Origin: Hyalangium minutum
GTDB lineage: Bacteria > Myxococcota > Myxococcia > Myxococcales > Myxococcaceae
Direction: 5' to 3'
Assembly (NCBI RefSeq): GCF_000737315.1
Contig: NZ_JMCB01000005.1
Coordinates: 82,001-144,000 of the forward strand
Length of the DNA stretch: 62,000 bases
Below, piece by piece: positions 20,802 through 29,786 of this stretch. The notes under the pieces were generated by a model. The model was given only the letters and a program-made list of their open reading frames with translations. It was not told the DNA's origin and searched no databases. Every line of letters starts with the position of its first letter. The first letter of the stretch is position 1. Position numbers and translations under genes: made by a program.

Positions 20802-21458
20802 CTACTTCCTGGAGGACTTCTTCGTGGCCGTCTTCTTCCGCGCCGCGCCCGCCTTCTTCGCGGCGGACTTCTTCGTGGCGGCCTTCCTCGGAGCCGGGGC
20901 GCTGGCCTCCTCCTCCTGCTCGCGCGCGGCCTCGGCGACTTCCTCGACGGCCTTCGTGTTCTGCTTCCGGAAGCGCTCGAACCCCTCCCTCGAGAAGACC
21001 GAGGTGCCTTCCTCCCGAGCCCGCCGGAACACCTCCTTGAGGGCGGTGCGGCTGAGCTGCGGGTTCTTGTAGTACTCCATCGCCACCCGGCCCATGGCCC
21101 AGTTGGCGGCGTACGCGGGAGCCACCGTCAGGAGCGCGCCGAGCACCGGGATGAGCGCCTTGATGCCCTGCCGTGCCAGCAGGCCCACGCCTGCGGTGGT
21201 GCCCAGCTCGATGAGGAGCTCCTGCGCCGAGGCCTTGGTCACCTTGCGCCCGTAGATGTGCCCCACCGTCATCACCATGCCGGTCTGGATGGGCAGCGTC
21301 AGCACCACGTCCGTCAGCGGCAGCGGCGAGATGGCCACCAGCGCCACCGCGTACGAGCTCATGTTGATGACATCCCGAGCCATCGCGTCCCGCTCCTTCG
21401 CGGGCACCTTGCTGAAGTCCCGTGTGCGGATGTCATCCAATGTGTCGAGCCACGACAT
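20802..21458 (-). CDS. DUF697-like membrane protein with Lys/Ala-rich basic C-terminal tail
   Basis: AISPLPLTDVVLTLPIQTGMV..VGHIYG and small-residue TM hairpin; tail KAATKKSAAKKAGAARKKTATKKSSRK; ATG at 21458 after AGGAG. Confidence 0.75.
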   Translation of the reverse strand: MSWLDTLDDIRTRDFSKVPAKERDAMARDVINMSSYAVALVAISPLPLTDVVLTLPIQTGMVMTVGHIYGRKVTKASAQELLIELGTTAGVGLLARQGIKALIPVLGALLTVAPAYAANWAMGRVAMEYYKNPQLSRTALKEVFRRAREEGTSVFSREGFERFRKQNTKAVEEVAEAAREQEEEASAPAPRKAATKKSAAKKAGAARKKTATKKSSRK

Positions 21459-21643
21459 GGTCGTCTTCTCCTGGACTGGTCGCACGGAGCATACCCGGAC
21501 GTTGCTCGCTGAACAGGACGCGCGCGGAGGGAGCGGCTCCCGCCGAAAATGCCACTGGGAGTGGACGGTGGGCGAGGCACTGGTCAGCCCCGGAGGGCAT
21601 GCACAGGTTCTGTCCTCGATTCTGGCAGGGGGAGGTGGTTGGC

Positions 21644-22177
21644 GTGGCGCTTCGGTTCTCCTTACTGGCGTCTCAGTTGCTGCAGGATCGCGAGTCCGTG
21701 CTGAAGGCGGTCTCCTGGCCGGTGCTGGTGTGGGAATCTCCACCGCCCCGCAAGGAGGCCCCGCTGGGCTTCGCGCGCTCCACGCTGTCCAATATCCGCT
21801 TCTCACGGCCCACCGCCTCCGAGCCGCTCGTGCTTGAGCTGCACAAGCGCATCGCCGATGTGGACGAGGTGACGCTGGGCCGCTCGCCCGACTGTGACAT
21901 TGTCATCGACGACCCCACTGTGTCGCGGCTGCACGCCGTGTTCCGCAAGGAGCCGCACACGGGCATGTGGCAGGTGGTGGATGCCGAGAGCCACAACGGC
22001 ACCTTCCAGGCGGGCGTGCTCATCGTCCCGGGCCGCCCGACGCCGCTGTTCGATCGGGCCTCGCTGCGCTTCGGGGCCGTGGAGATGTCCTTCCTGCAGG
22101 CGCCCGCTTTCGAGCAGTACGTGCACGCCCGAGCGCGCTCCCAGGTGCGCTTGACGAGCGTGGGCGTAAACCCATAG
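21644..22177 (+). CDS. FHA domain-containing protein
   Basis: TLGRSPDCDIVIDDPTVSRLHA...D.ESHNGT FHA signature; GGAGG RBS before GTG at 21644. Confidence 0.85.
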   Translation: MALRFSLLASQLLQDRESVLKAVSWPVLVWESPPPRKEAPLGFARSTLSNIRFSRPTASEPLVLELHKRIADVDEVTLGRSPDCDIVIDDPTVSRLHAVFRKEPHTGMWQVVDAESHNGTFQAGVLIVPGRPTPLFDRASLRFGAVEMSFLQAPAFEQYVHARARSQVRLTSVGVNP

Positions 22178-22410
22178 AAGGGCCGCGCCTTTGGGTGCCC
22201 ATGCAGGGCACGCAAGAGGGAAGCCGGTGGAAATCCGGCGCGGTCCCGCCACTGTATGTGGGCAGCCCTGTCGGTCAGGGCCGGGGTCCTCGGCAGTCCC
22301 CACTCGAGAGGGTTGTCTCGGGGAAGGGGGAGGACTTCTTCCGGAGAGGCGCAGCGTGCGCCCTCACCCGGAGCCCATGAGCCAGGAGACCTGCCCAGAG
22401 GTCCGGCCGC
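22178..22410 (+). ncRNA. Cobalamin riboswitch (boundaries approximate)
   Basis: GGGAAGCCGGTGGAAATCCGGCGCGGTCCCGCCACTGT at 22218-22255, internal GGGAAG at 22321 and B12 box GAGCCAGGAGACCTGCC at 22379-22395; lies directly upstream of a TonB-dependent receptor. Confidence 0.92.
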
Positions 22411-22467
22411 TCGCAAGGCGGCTCCGGATGGCCTTCTCTCTTCGATGGAGAGAGCGGAAGGCGGAGC

Positions 22468-24513
22468 ATGGGGCGGTCATCTCTTGCCGGGCTCGGTTTG
22501 TGTCTGGCGCTCACCCTGAATGGAATCGCGCGAGCCCAAGGGGCTCCTGACGCGAGCACTCCTGCGCCCACCGCCCCGGGCGAGCAGGCTCCCATCATTA
22601 TTGATGCGGTAGAGCCCGAGGACGCGCTCATCTCCGCTCCAGAGGTGGAGGTCCAGGCGACGCGCCCGCCCGAGCCCATGACTTCGGCCCGGCAGAGGGA
22701 CCCCAGTGGGGCGCTCACCATCATTGATACGGCGGTCTTTGGCGGAGCCGCGAAGGATGCCGCCGAGGTGCTCTCCACCTCCGCGGGCGTGCAGGTGCAG
22801 GACAGCGGCGGCTACGGGCAGAGCAAGAACCTGGTGGTGCGCGGCGCCTCGCCGAATGGCTCGCTGCTGTTGCTGGATGGCATTCCCCTGAATGGAGCGG
22901 GTGGGGTGGTGGACCTGTCTCGGGTGCCGCTGGCGATGGTGGAGCGCTTCGAGGTGCTCCGCGGGGGCGCGGGGGCGCGCTACGGCTCAGGAGGGCTGGG
23001 CGGCGTGGTGAACGTCGTCACCCGGCGGCCGGGAGAGCAGGCGCGCGTGGCGGGAGAGGCCACGTATGGAAGCTGGGGCACGCAGCTCGGCTGGCTGTCC
23101 GCGACGGGCCCGCTCGCGGGGGTGGATGCGCTGCTGCTGGTGCATGGTGGGCGCTCCGAGGGCGACTTTTCGTTCCTCTTCGACCCGAGCCCCGCGTTCC
23201 CGGGAGATGCGCTGGAGGAGCGCCGCCGGACCAACAATGACGCGCGTGGAGCGGGAGGACTGCTTCGGCTGCGGCGCACTTCGGAGCGCGGCCTCGAGGT
23301 GGACCTGCTGACCGAGCTGTTCGCGGATGACCGGGGGCTCGCAGGCACCGCGGTCAATCCGAGCCCGGACACGCGGCAGAGCACGCAGCGCGCATCGGCC
23401 AGCCTCCGCGTCTCGGGCGAGCGGGAGGGCGTGCGCGGCTCCGCGCGGGCATGGTTCCGAGGAGAGCGTCTGAGTCTGGAGGGTGGGCCTCAGGCAGTGC
23501 AGGGCTCCCAGACGCAGCGGGTGGGTGGCGTGGAGGTGGAGGCGCGGAAGCTGCTGGGCGGCTGGCATGGCCTGTCGGCGGCGGTGACCGTCACGGGCGA
23601 GGACGTGACGGACGCGGAGCTCGTCTCCGGTGAGGACTCTCGACCGAGCTGGCTGCGCGCCAGCGTCATGGTGATGGACGAGCTGGTGCTGGTGGGCGGC
23701 CAGCTGCTCGTTGCGCCGTCGATACGAGTGGAGCGCGCCGGGCCGCACACGCTGCTGTCGCCGAAGGTGGGCGCCACGCTGTCGCTGCCGTGGAGCCTGG
23801 AGCTGCGCGCCAACGCTGGGCAGGCGCACCGGGCTCCGTCCTTCCAGGAGCTGTACGTGCGCCAGGGGCTGCTGCTGCCGAACGCCGCGCTCCGCCCCGA
23901 GCGGGCGCTCTACGCGGATCTCGCGGTGGTGCATCGCACCGAGCGCTCGCTGGCCTCGGTGGGCGGCTTCTACAGTCTCTACGAGGACCTGATCGCCTAC
24001 GAGCTCTACCCGCCGTTCTCCGCCAAGCCCTTCAACTTCGCCGCCGCGAGCGTGGCCGGGCTGGAGGCCGAGGGCGAGTGGCGTCCCGCTCCGTGGGTGT
24101 CGGGCACGCTGGGCTACACGCTGCTCGTCTCGCGCAACCTCCGGGACGACGTGCGCTACTACCGCAAGGAGCTGCCGTACCGTCCGCGCCACAAGCTGAG
24201 CGCGCGCGTGTCCGGCGGTCCGCGCTGGCTCACCGGGCGCGTGGAGGTGGCCTCGCAGTCCGCGCAGTTCACCAACCGCACCGAAGAGGCCGTGTTGCCG
24301 GGGCGGACGTTCGTCCACGCGGGGGCCTCCAGCACCTTCGGGCACTCTCCCGAGCTGACCCTCTCCGTGGAGCTGAAGAACGTCTTCGACGCGCACGCCG
24401 AGGACCTCAACGGCTACCCCCTTCCAGGCCGCTCCGCTTACGTGACGCTCACGGCGGCGTTCGGTGGCACTTCCCCCAGCAGTTCCCCCTCACAAAGGAC
24501 GGAAGTTCGATGA
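22468..24513 (+). CDS. btuB: TonB-dependent receptor, probable cobalamin transporter (BtuB-like)
   Basis: Signal peptide, plug motifs (VRGAS, LLDGIPLN, FEVLRGG..ARYGSGGLGGVVNVVT), barrel end NVFD....NGYPLPGRS; substrate inferred from the riboswitch. Confidence 0.85.
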   Translation: MGRSSLAGLGLCLALTLNGIARAQGAPDASTPAPTAPGEQAPIIIDAVEPEDALISAPEVEVQATRPPEPMTSARQRDPSGALTIIDTAVFGGAAKDAAEVLSTSAGVQVQDSGGYGQSKNLVVRGASPNGSLLLLDGIPLNGAGGVVDLSRVPLAMVERFEVLRGGAGARYGSGGLGGVVNVVTRRPGEQARVAGEATYGSWGTQLGWLSATGPLAGVDALLLVHGGRSEGDFSFLFDPSPAFPGDALEERRRTNNDARGAGGLLRLRRTSERGLEVDLLTELFADDRGLAGTAVNPSPDTRQSTQRASASLRVSGEREGVRGSARAWFRGERLSLEGGPQAVQGSQTQRVGGVEVEARKLLGGWHGLSAAVTVTGEDVTDAELVSGEDSRPSWLRASVMVMDELVLVGGQLLVAPSIRVERAGPHTLLSPKVGATLSLPWSLELRANAGQAHRAPSFQELYVRQGLLLPNAALRPERALYADLAVVHRTERSLASVGGFYSLYEDLIAYELYPPFSAKPFNFAAASVAGLEAEGEWRPAPWVSGTLGYTLLVSRNLRDDVRYYRKELPYRPRHKLSARVSGGPRWLTGRVEVASQSAQFTNRTEEAVLPGRTFVHAGASSTFGHSPELTLSVELKNVFDAHAEDLNGYPLPGRSAYVTLTAAFGGTSPSSSPSQRTEVR

Positions 24514-26087
24514 GAAGTACGTTGACGGTGACAATAGTGGCCCTGGGCCTGTGGCTGAGTGGCTGTCCGGATTCCGGCGCGGAGTGCAGCGAGGGCCTGA
24601 CCCTCTGCTCCGACCAGTGCGAGGACCTCACCAGCTCCACCTCGAACTGCGGTGCGTGCGGCAACACCTGTGGGAGCGGGCAGGTGTGTTCGGAAGGAGC
24701 CTGCCGGTGCCAAGAGGGCGCCACCCTCTGTGCCGGGCAGTGCACCGTCACCGCGACCGATGCGAACAACTGCGGCGCCTGTGGTGTCTCTTGCGGCCAG
24801 GGCCGGGTGTGCGAGAGCGGCCAGTGCAAGGTGAACTGCTCCCAGGGCCTCACGCGCTGCGGGGACTCGTGCGTGGACCTCGCGAAGGACGCGGGACACT
24901 GCGGCACCTGCGAGACGGCGTGCACGGATGCGAAGAGCTGCCACTCGGGCGTGTGCACGTATGACGTCGTCGCGGCCTGCTTCAACACGGGCCAGGTGGT
25001 GGGCCTCCAGGCGGGCTCGGACCTGAAGGGCCCCAACCGGGCCATCGGCGACCACCCGCAGTCGGTGGCGCCCATGCAGGATGTGCTGCTGGTGCTCGAC
25101 ACCGCGAAGAAGCTGCGCGAGGCCCGGCTCGTGGACTACGTCTCCCTGCCGAAGGCTGCGGACACCGACGACGCGCCCAACCAGGTGCTCGTCGAGGACC
25201 CCTACGTCTACGTCCTCAACTCCTCCAGCAACACGCTGCTGGTGCTCCAGCGCAAGACGGCGCCCGGCACGCTCACCGAGGGCACACGCTTCCCGCAGGG
25301 GCTCGGGCTGGAGCCGGTGGCCCGGGTGGACTTCGGTGCCAGCTCCAACCCGTTCGCCATGGCCCGGCTCGGCACGGACCTGTGGGTCACCCTGTATGGC
25401 AACTTCTTCGGAGACCTGTCCGCCGGCGGCAAGGTGGCTCGCGTCAGCCTGGCCAATCCCGCCCAGCCGGAGCTGACCTCGCCGCTGGTCCAGCTGCCCT
25501 CGGGCGATGCGCTCCAGCCGTTCCCGGATAGAAGCCCTGTTCCCACCCCCTCGGGCATCGTCGCCCACCGCGGCTTCCTCTATGTGGCGCTCAACAACCT
25601 GGACCCGAACACCTATGGGCCCGGCGGCCCCGGCCTCGTCGCGAAGATCGATCCGCAGACCCGCGAGGTGAAGTACCTCCCGCTCGGGGACGGGTGCCTC
25701 AACGCGGGCTGGCTTGCCCCCGTGGGGAACAAGCTGGTGGTGAGCTGCGCGGGCGAGGCCACCTATGACGCCAGCTACAACCTCACCGCCGTGAAGAAGT
25801 CGTCCCTGGTGCTGCTGGATGAGCAGGACGCCGCCGTCTCCACCTGGGCCCTCGCGTGCCCCGAGTCGAGCACCTCCTGCGCGCTGCCCTCCGCTGGCCG
25901 CTTCGCCGTGGTGGGTAACCGCATCTACCTGGGTGACAACAACGCGGGCCGCATCTTCGTCGTCGACGTCACCGGGAACACGCTCACCGAGGTGCGCGGC
26001 CTCAGTGGCCAGAAGCAGCCCCCTATCCCCGCCTGCCAGCGCGAGTCCGGCTTCTCCCTCGTGGGAGACGTCGTCGCCATTCCGTAG
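24510..26087 (+). CDS. Lipoprotein with Cys-rich repeats (MXAN_6577-like/Stig1-like) and a C-terminal beta-propeller-like domain
   Basis: ATG overlaps the btuB stop (ATGA); lipobox LSGC; repeats such as C..L.S...NCGACG..C..GQVC..G.C; about 370 aa beta-rich C-terminal region. Confidence 0.8.
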   Translation: MRSTLTVTIVALGLWLSGCPDSGAECSEGLTLCSDQCEDLTSSTSNCGACGNTCGSGQVCSEGACRCQEGATLCAGQCTVTATDANNCGACGVSCGQGRVCESGQCKVNCSQGLTRCGDSCVDLAKDAGHCGTCETACTDAKSCHSGVCTYDVVAACFNTGQVVGLQAGSDLKGPNRAIGDHPQSVAPMQDVLLVLDTAKKLREARLVDYVSLPKAADTDDAPNQVLVEDPYVYVLNSSSNTLLVLQRKTAPGTLTEGTRFPQGLGLEPVARVDFGASSNPFAMARLGTDLWVTLYGNFFGDLSAGGKVARVSLANPAQPELTSPLVQLPSGDALQPFPDRSPVPTPSGIVAHRGFLYVALNNLDPNTYGPGGPGLVAKIDPQTREVKYLPLGDGCLNAGWLAPVGNKLVVSCAGEATYDASYNLTAVKKSSLVLLDEQDAAVSTWALACPESSTSCALPSAGRFAVVGNRIYLGDNNAGRIFVVDVTGNTLTEVRGLSGQKQPPIPACQRESGFSLVGDVVAIP

Positions 26088-26099
26088 GAGACTGCCCTC

Positions 26100-26963
26100 A
26101 TGAGAGTCCGCCTCACTCCGTTGCTCCTGCTCGCCGCGCTGGTCTTCTCCGGCGTGGCGGGCGCCGCCGATGCGCAGCCTGGGCCCCGGTGGCTGGGACC
26201 GAAGAAGCCCGCGAAGGTGCAGCGCGTGGTGACGCTGGCTCCGTCCCTCTCGGAGATGGTGATCGCCCTGGGGGCGGGCAGCTCTCTGGTGGGGGTGTCC
26301 CGCTTCGACACGGACAAGAGCGTGGAGAAGCTGCCCCGCGTGGGCGGCTTCGTGGATCCGTCCGTGGAGGCCGTCATCGCGCTCAAGCCGGACGTGGTGC
26401 TCGTCCAGCCGGGCCCTGGCAACCAGCGGCCCGTGGAGCGCATGGCCGAGCTCGGCGTCCCCGTGCTCCTGCTGCCCCTGCACACCGTGGCGGACACGCT
26501 CGCCGCCTTGCGTGCGGTGGGGCAGGCGCTCAGCCGCGTCCAGGAGGCCGACGCGCTCGTCTCCCGCATCGAGGCCATCCGGTCCCGCATCCGCGAGGCG
26601 GCGAAGAAGCTGCCCACGCCGCGTGTGCTGCTTGCCTATGGCTTCGAGCCACTGGTGGTCGCTGGGCCAGGCTCCTTCGCGGACGAGCTGCTGCGCGACG
26701 CCGGGGCCGTGAACGTCGCGGCGGATGCAGGCTCCGCCTACCCCGTCTATTCGGTGGAGCGCGCGGTGCGGGCCAAGCCTGACGTGGTGGTGGATGCGGC
26801 GGATGTGGACGTGGGCAAGGAGAAGATCCAGGCTCTGCCCGGGCTGTCCGCCGCGCGCTGGGTAGAGGTGCCATCCTTCGCGCTGCTGCAGCCTGGGCCC
26901 TCGCTGGGAAAGGGCCTCGAAGAGTTGTTCGGGCTGTTGCATCCGGGCGTCCAGGTCCGCTAG
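26100..26963 (+). CDS. btuF: Helical-backbone metal/cobalamin-binding periplasmic protein (BtuF-like)
   Basis: RVVTLAPSLSEMVIALG, VGVS, VGGFVDPSVEAVIALKPD, LLQPGP motifs. Confidence 0.85.
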   Translation: MRVRLTPLLLLAALVFSGVAGAADAQPGPRWLGPKKPAKVQRVVTLAPSLSEMVIALGAGSSLVGVSRFDTDKSVEKLPRVGGFVDPSVEAVIALKPDVVLVQPGPGNQRPVERMAELGVPVLLLPLHTVADTLAALRAVGQALSRVQEADALVSRIEAIRSRIREAAKKLPTPRVLLAYGFEPLVVAGPGSFADELLRDAGAVNVAADAGSAYPVYSVERAVRAKPDVVVDAADVDVGKEKIQALPGLSAARWVEVPSFALLQPGPSLGKGLEELFGLLHPGVQVR

Positions 26964-26976
26964 CGGAGGAGAGGGA

Positions 26977-28044
26977 GTGACACGGCAGGGAAGGAGGCTG
27001 AGCGCCTCGCGGGTCCTCGGCCTGGGTGCCGCGGGCCTTGTGCTGTTGGCCGTCGCCTTCGCTATCGCCGTCCGCTTTGGCGAGCAGCCCATCTCCCTCT
27101 CCGCTGCGCTCGGCGATCCGCAGTCGAGCGACGCCGTCATCTTCTGGTCCCTGCGTCTGCCCCGCGCCCTGCTGGGCATCATCGTCGGCGCGGGGCTCGC
27201 GGCATCCGGAACCACGCTCCAGGGTCTGCTGCGCAACCCGCTGGCGGATCCGTTCGTGCTCGGCGTCTCCGGTGGTGCCGCCCTGGGCGCTACGCTCGCG
27301 CTGGCGTTGGGGCTGGCCACGGTGGGGCAGGTGGCCCCGGGGCTGTTCGGCGGGCTCTCGCGGCTCTCGGGGCCCGCGCTCCTGGCATTCGCCGGTGCGG
27401 GAGGCTCCGTGCTCTTCGTTCTCGCCGCCAGCCGGGGCCACTCCTCGCGGGCGCCTTATGCCGCGCTGCTCACGGGCGTGGTCTTCAACGCGTTCGCCTC
27501 CGCCGCCATCACGCTCATCAAGACGCTGTCCGCCCCGGATCGCCTGGGAGAGATTCTCTACTGGCTGGCGGGCTCGCTCGGTTACGAGCGCGGTGCCACG
27601 CTGGGGCTGGCCGCGCTGCTCCAGCTCGCCGCCATCGCGGTGATGGTGGCGCTCTCCGGACGGCTCAACTTGATGATGCTCGGGGACGAGGATGCCGCGG
27701 CCCTGGGAGTTCCCGTGGCCCGCACGCGGCGCCTGTTGCTGCTGGCCACCAGCGCGAGCGTCGCCGGAGCCGTGGCCCTCACGGGCTTGATTGGCTTCGT
27801 GGGCCTCATCGTGCCGCACGTGCTGCGACTGGCCTTCGGGCCGGATCAGCGGCTGCTCGTCCCGCTCTCCGCGCTGGGAGGCGCCGCGTTCCTGGTGCTG
27901 GCGGACGTGCTGGCGCGGGTGTCCTTCGCTTTCTTCGGCAACGAGCTGCCCGTTGGCGTCATCACGGCTCTGCTCGGCGGCCCCCTCTTCATTGCCCTGC
28001 TGTACCGGCGGGGCGGCGCCCCACGAGCAGAGGGCCGGGGGTGA
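26977..28044 (+). CDS. btuC: FecCD/BtuC-family ABC permease
   Basis: LRLPRALLG, QGLLRNPLADPFVLGVSGGA, GLIGFVGLIVPH, ELPVGVITALLGGP. Confidence 0.9.
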   Translation: MTRQGRRLSASRVLGLGAAGLVLLAVAFAIAVRFGEQPISLSAALGDPQSSDAVIFWSLRLPRALLGIIVGAGLAASGTTLQGLLRNPLADPFVLGVSGGAALGATLALALGLATVGQVAPGLFGGLSRLSGPALLAFAGAGGSVLFVLAASRGHSSRAPYAALLTGVVFNAFASAAITLIKTLSAPDRLGEILYWLAGSLGYERGATLGLAALLQLAAIAVMVALSGRLNLMMLGDEDAAALGVPVARTRRLLLLATSASVAGAVALTGLIGFVGLIVPHVLRLAFGPDQRLLVPLSALGGAAFLVLADVLARVSFAFFGNELPVGVITALLGGPLFIALLYRRGGAPRAEGRG

Positions 28045-28047
28045 CAC

Positions 28048-29139
28048 TCACATGGCCGCTAATGAGGGCTGTCCCTCGCGCGTGAACTCTTCAATCTCCG
28101 CCATGCACCGGCGGGTCTCGTGCTCGGTGAGGAAGACGCGCAGCGCCTCGCGGATGGAGGGCATGGCCTGGATGAGTGTTCCCACGTTCAGGTGCTCGGG
28201 GTCCACGTTGGCCCGGCGGCAGGCGCGCGTGATGGTCGTGGCGGCGATCACCGGCGACAGGCCGCTGCACGCCACCACCCGATCAAAGAGCCGGCCCGGG
28301 GCAGCGCTGGCCATCGAGGAGCGGGGCATGGCATGCCGGGGGGGCTCGTCCTCCGCGGCGCGCCGCCGCAGCAGGTTGCGCACCTGCGCGCGCAGCAGCG
28401 TCATGTCGCTCGCCTTGGGGCAGAACGCATCCACCCCCGCCGCGAGCGCCTCCGCCATCTTCTGGCTCTCGAAGAGCGCGGTGAACATCAGCAGCGGCAC
28501 CGTGGCCATCTTCGGATCCGCGCGGATGATGCGCGCCGCCGCGATGCCATCCATCCGCGGCAGCACCAGGTCCATCAGGATGCAGTCCACCGGCTGCGCC
28601 TTCAGCAGCGAGAGCGCCTCCTCGGCCGAGACCGCGGCGATGAGGTCATGCCCGTCCTTGCGCAGCTCCTCCACCACGGCATGGAGGAAGGTGGGGCTGT
28701 CATCCACCACCAGCACCCGGCGGCGGCGCGCGGCGGCCACCAGCTTCGGCTCCAGGTCCATCGTGGTGGAGCGCGCCCGCGTCAGCTCCCGGGCCCGCTT
28801 CACCACCAGGGCCGGATCGTACGGCTTGCCCACGTAGTCGTTGGCCCCGCCGCTCAGGCCTCGGAGCCGGGCCTTCACGGCCGCCTCCGCGGAGAGCACG
28901 AGCACGGGCACATGGGCCGTGCGCTCCTCGGCGCGAAGCTGGATGAGCAGCTCCACGCCGTCTCCATCCTGGAGGATGACGTCGAGGATGATCAGATCGA
29001 CCCACTCCTCGGAGAGCGCCTTGCGCGCTGCCGCGATGCCTCCACACACCAGGGTATTGAAGCCCGCGGCGCTGAGTACCCCGCGGAGATCCGCTCGCAC
29101 AGTCGCGCTGTCATCGACGATGAGCACACTGGGTTTCAT
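28048..29139 (-). CDS. Double-receiver response regulator (REC-REC) with unrecognised C-terminal domain
   Basis: MKPSVLIVDDS...LDVILQDGDG; second REC VLVVDDS...MDLVLPRMDG; about 70 aa helical tail; ATGA overlap with cheB. Confidence 0.85.
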   Translation of the reverse strand: MKPSVLIVDDSATVRADLRGVLSAAGFNTLVCGGIAAARKALSEEWVDLIILDVILQDGDGVELLIQLRAEERTAHVPVLVLSAEAAVKARLRGLSGGANDYVGKPYDPALVVKRARELTRARSTTMDLEPKLVAAARRRRVLVVDDSPTFLHAVVEELRKDGHDLIAAVSAEEALSLLKAQPVDCILMDLVLPRMDGIAAARIIRADPKMATVPLLMFTALFESQKMAEALAAGVDAFCPKASDMTLLRAQVRNLLRRRAAEDEPPRHAMPRSSMASAAPGRLFDRVVACSGLSPVIAATTITRACRRANVDPEHLNVGTLIQAMPSIREALRVFLTEHETRRCMAEIEEFTREGQPSLAAM

Positions 29140-29786
29140 GCTGGCCTTCCTTTCACTGCCGTGCGCGCGAGTGCCGCCAGGCACCCGGGCAGATCCTGCA
29201 ACCCGACGACGTGTTGGACCGCGCCCAGCCGGATGGCCTCGCACGGCATTCCAAAGACGGCGGAGCTGGCCTCGTCCTGAGCCAGCGTTGTTGCGCCCAC
29301 CTTCTGGAGCGCCTGAAGCCCCTGGGCTCCGTCCCGCCCCATCCCCGTCAGCAGGCAGCCAATGGCGTACGGCCCAAGCTGCTGCGCGGCCGACTCGAAG
29401 AGCACATCCACCGAGGGACGGCACGAGTGCCGCTCCGGCTCGTCCGTCAGCCACAGCCGGCCGCTGTGCATCCGCAGGTGCCGGTTGGCCCGTGCCATCA
29501 CCACCTGAGGAAGGCCCACCGGTGGCAGTGGCTCTCCGTCCACCGCCTGGCGCACGGGGAAGGGCGCGTCCTTGCCCAGCAACTCTATCAGCGTGTTCTC
29601 GAAGGACTCGGAGAGGTGGAGCACCAGGAAGATGGGCAGAGAGAAGTCTCGAGGCAGTCCCCGGATCAACTGCCGCACGGCCGTGGGGCCGCCGGTGGAG
29701 CCGCCCATCACGACCGCACGCGGAGCTCGCGCCGGAGCGGGCAGGAGCGGCGGCCTCGAAGGCCTGGGGAGAGTGAGCGATGTCAT
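29136..29786 (-). CDS. cheB: CheB methylesterase lacking a receiver domain
   Basis: GGSTGGP, VLHL, RPSVDVLF, LTGMGRDGA catalytic motifs; no N-terminal REC. Confidence 0.9.
   Translation of the reverse strand: MTSLTLPRPSRPPLLPAPARAPRAVVMGGSTGGPTAVRQLIRGLPRDFSLPIFLVLHLSESFENTLIELLGKDAPFPVRQAVDGEPLPPVGLPQVVMARANRHLRMHSGRLWLTDEPERHSCRPSVDVLFESAAQQLGPYAIGCLLTGMGRDGAQGLQALQKVGATTLAQDEASSAVFGMPCEAIRLGAVQHVVGLQDLPGCLAALARTAVKGRPA

Noticed and set aside
24438-27320. 960-aa minus-strand ORF
   Set aside because: Antisense shadow of the btu operon genes, which have clear family motifs.
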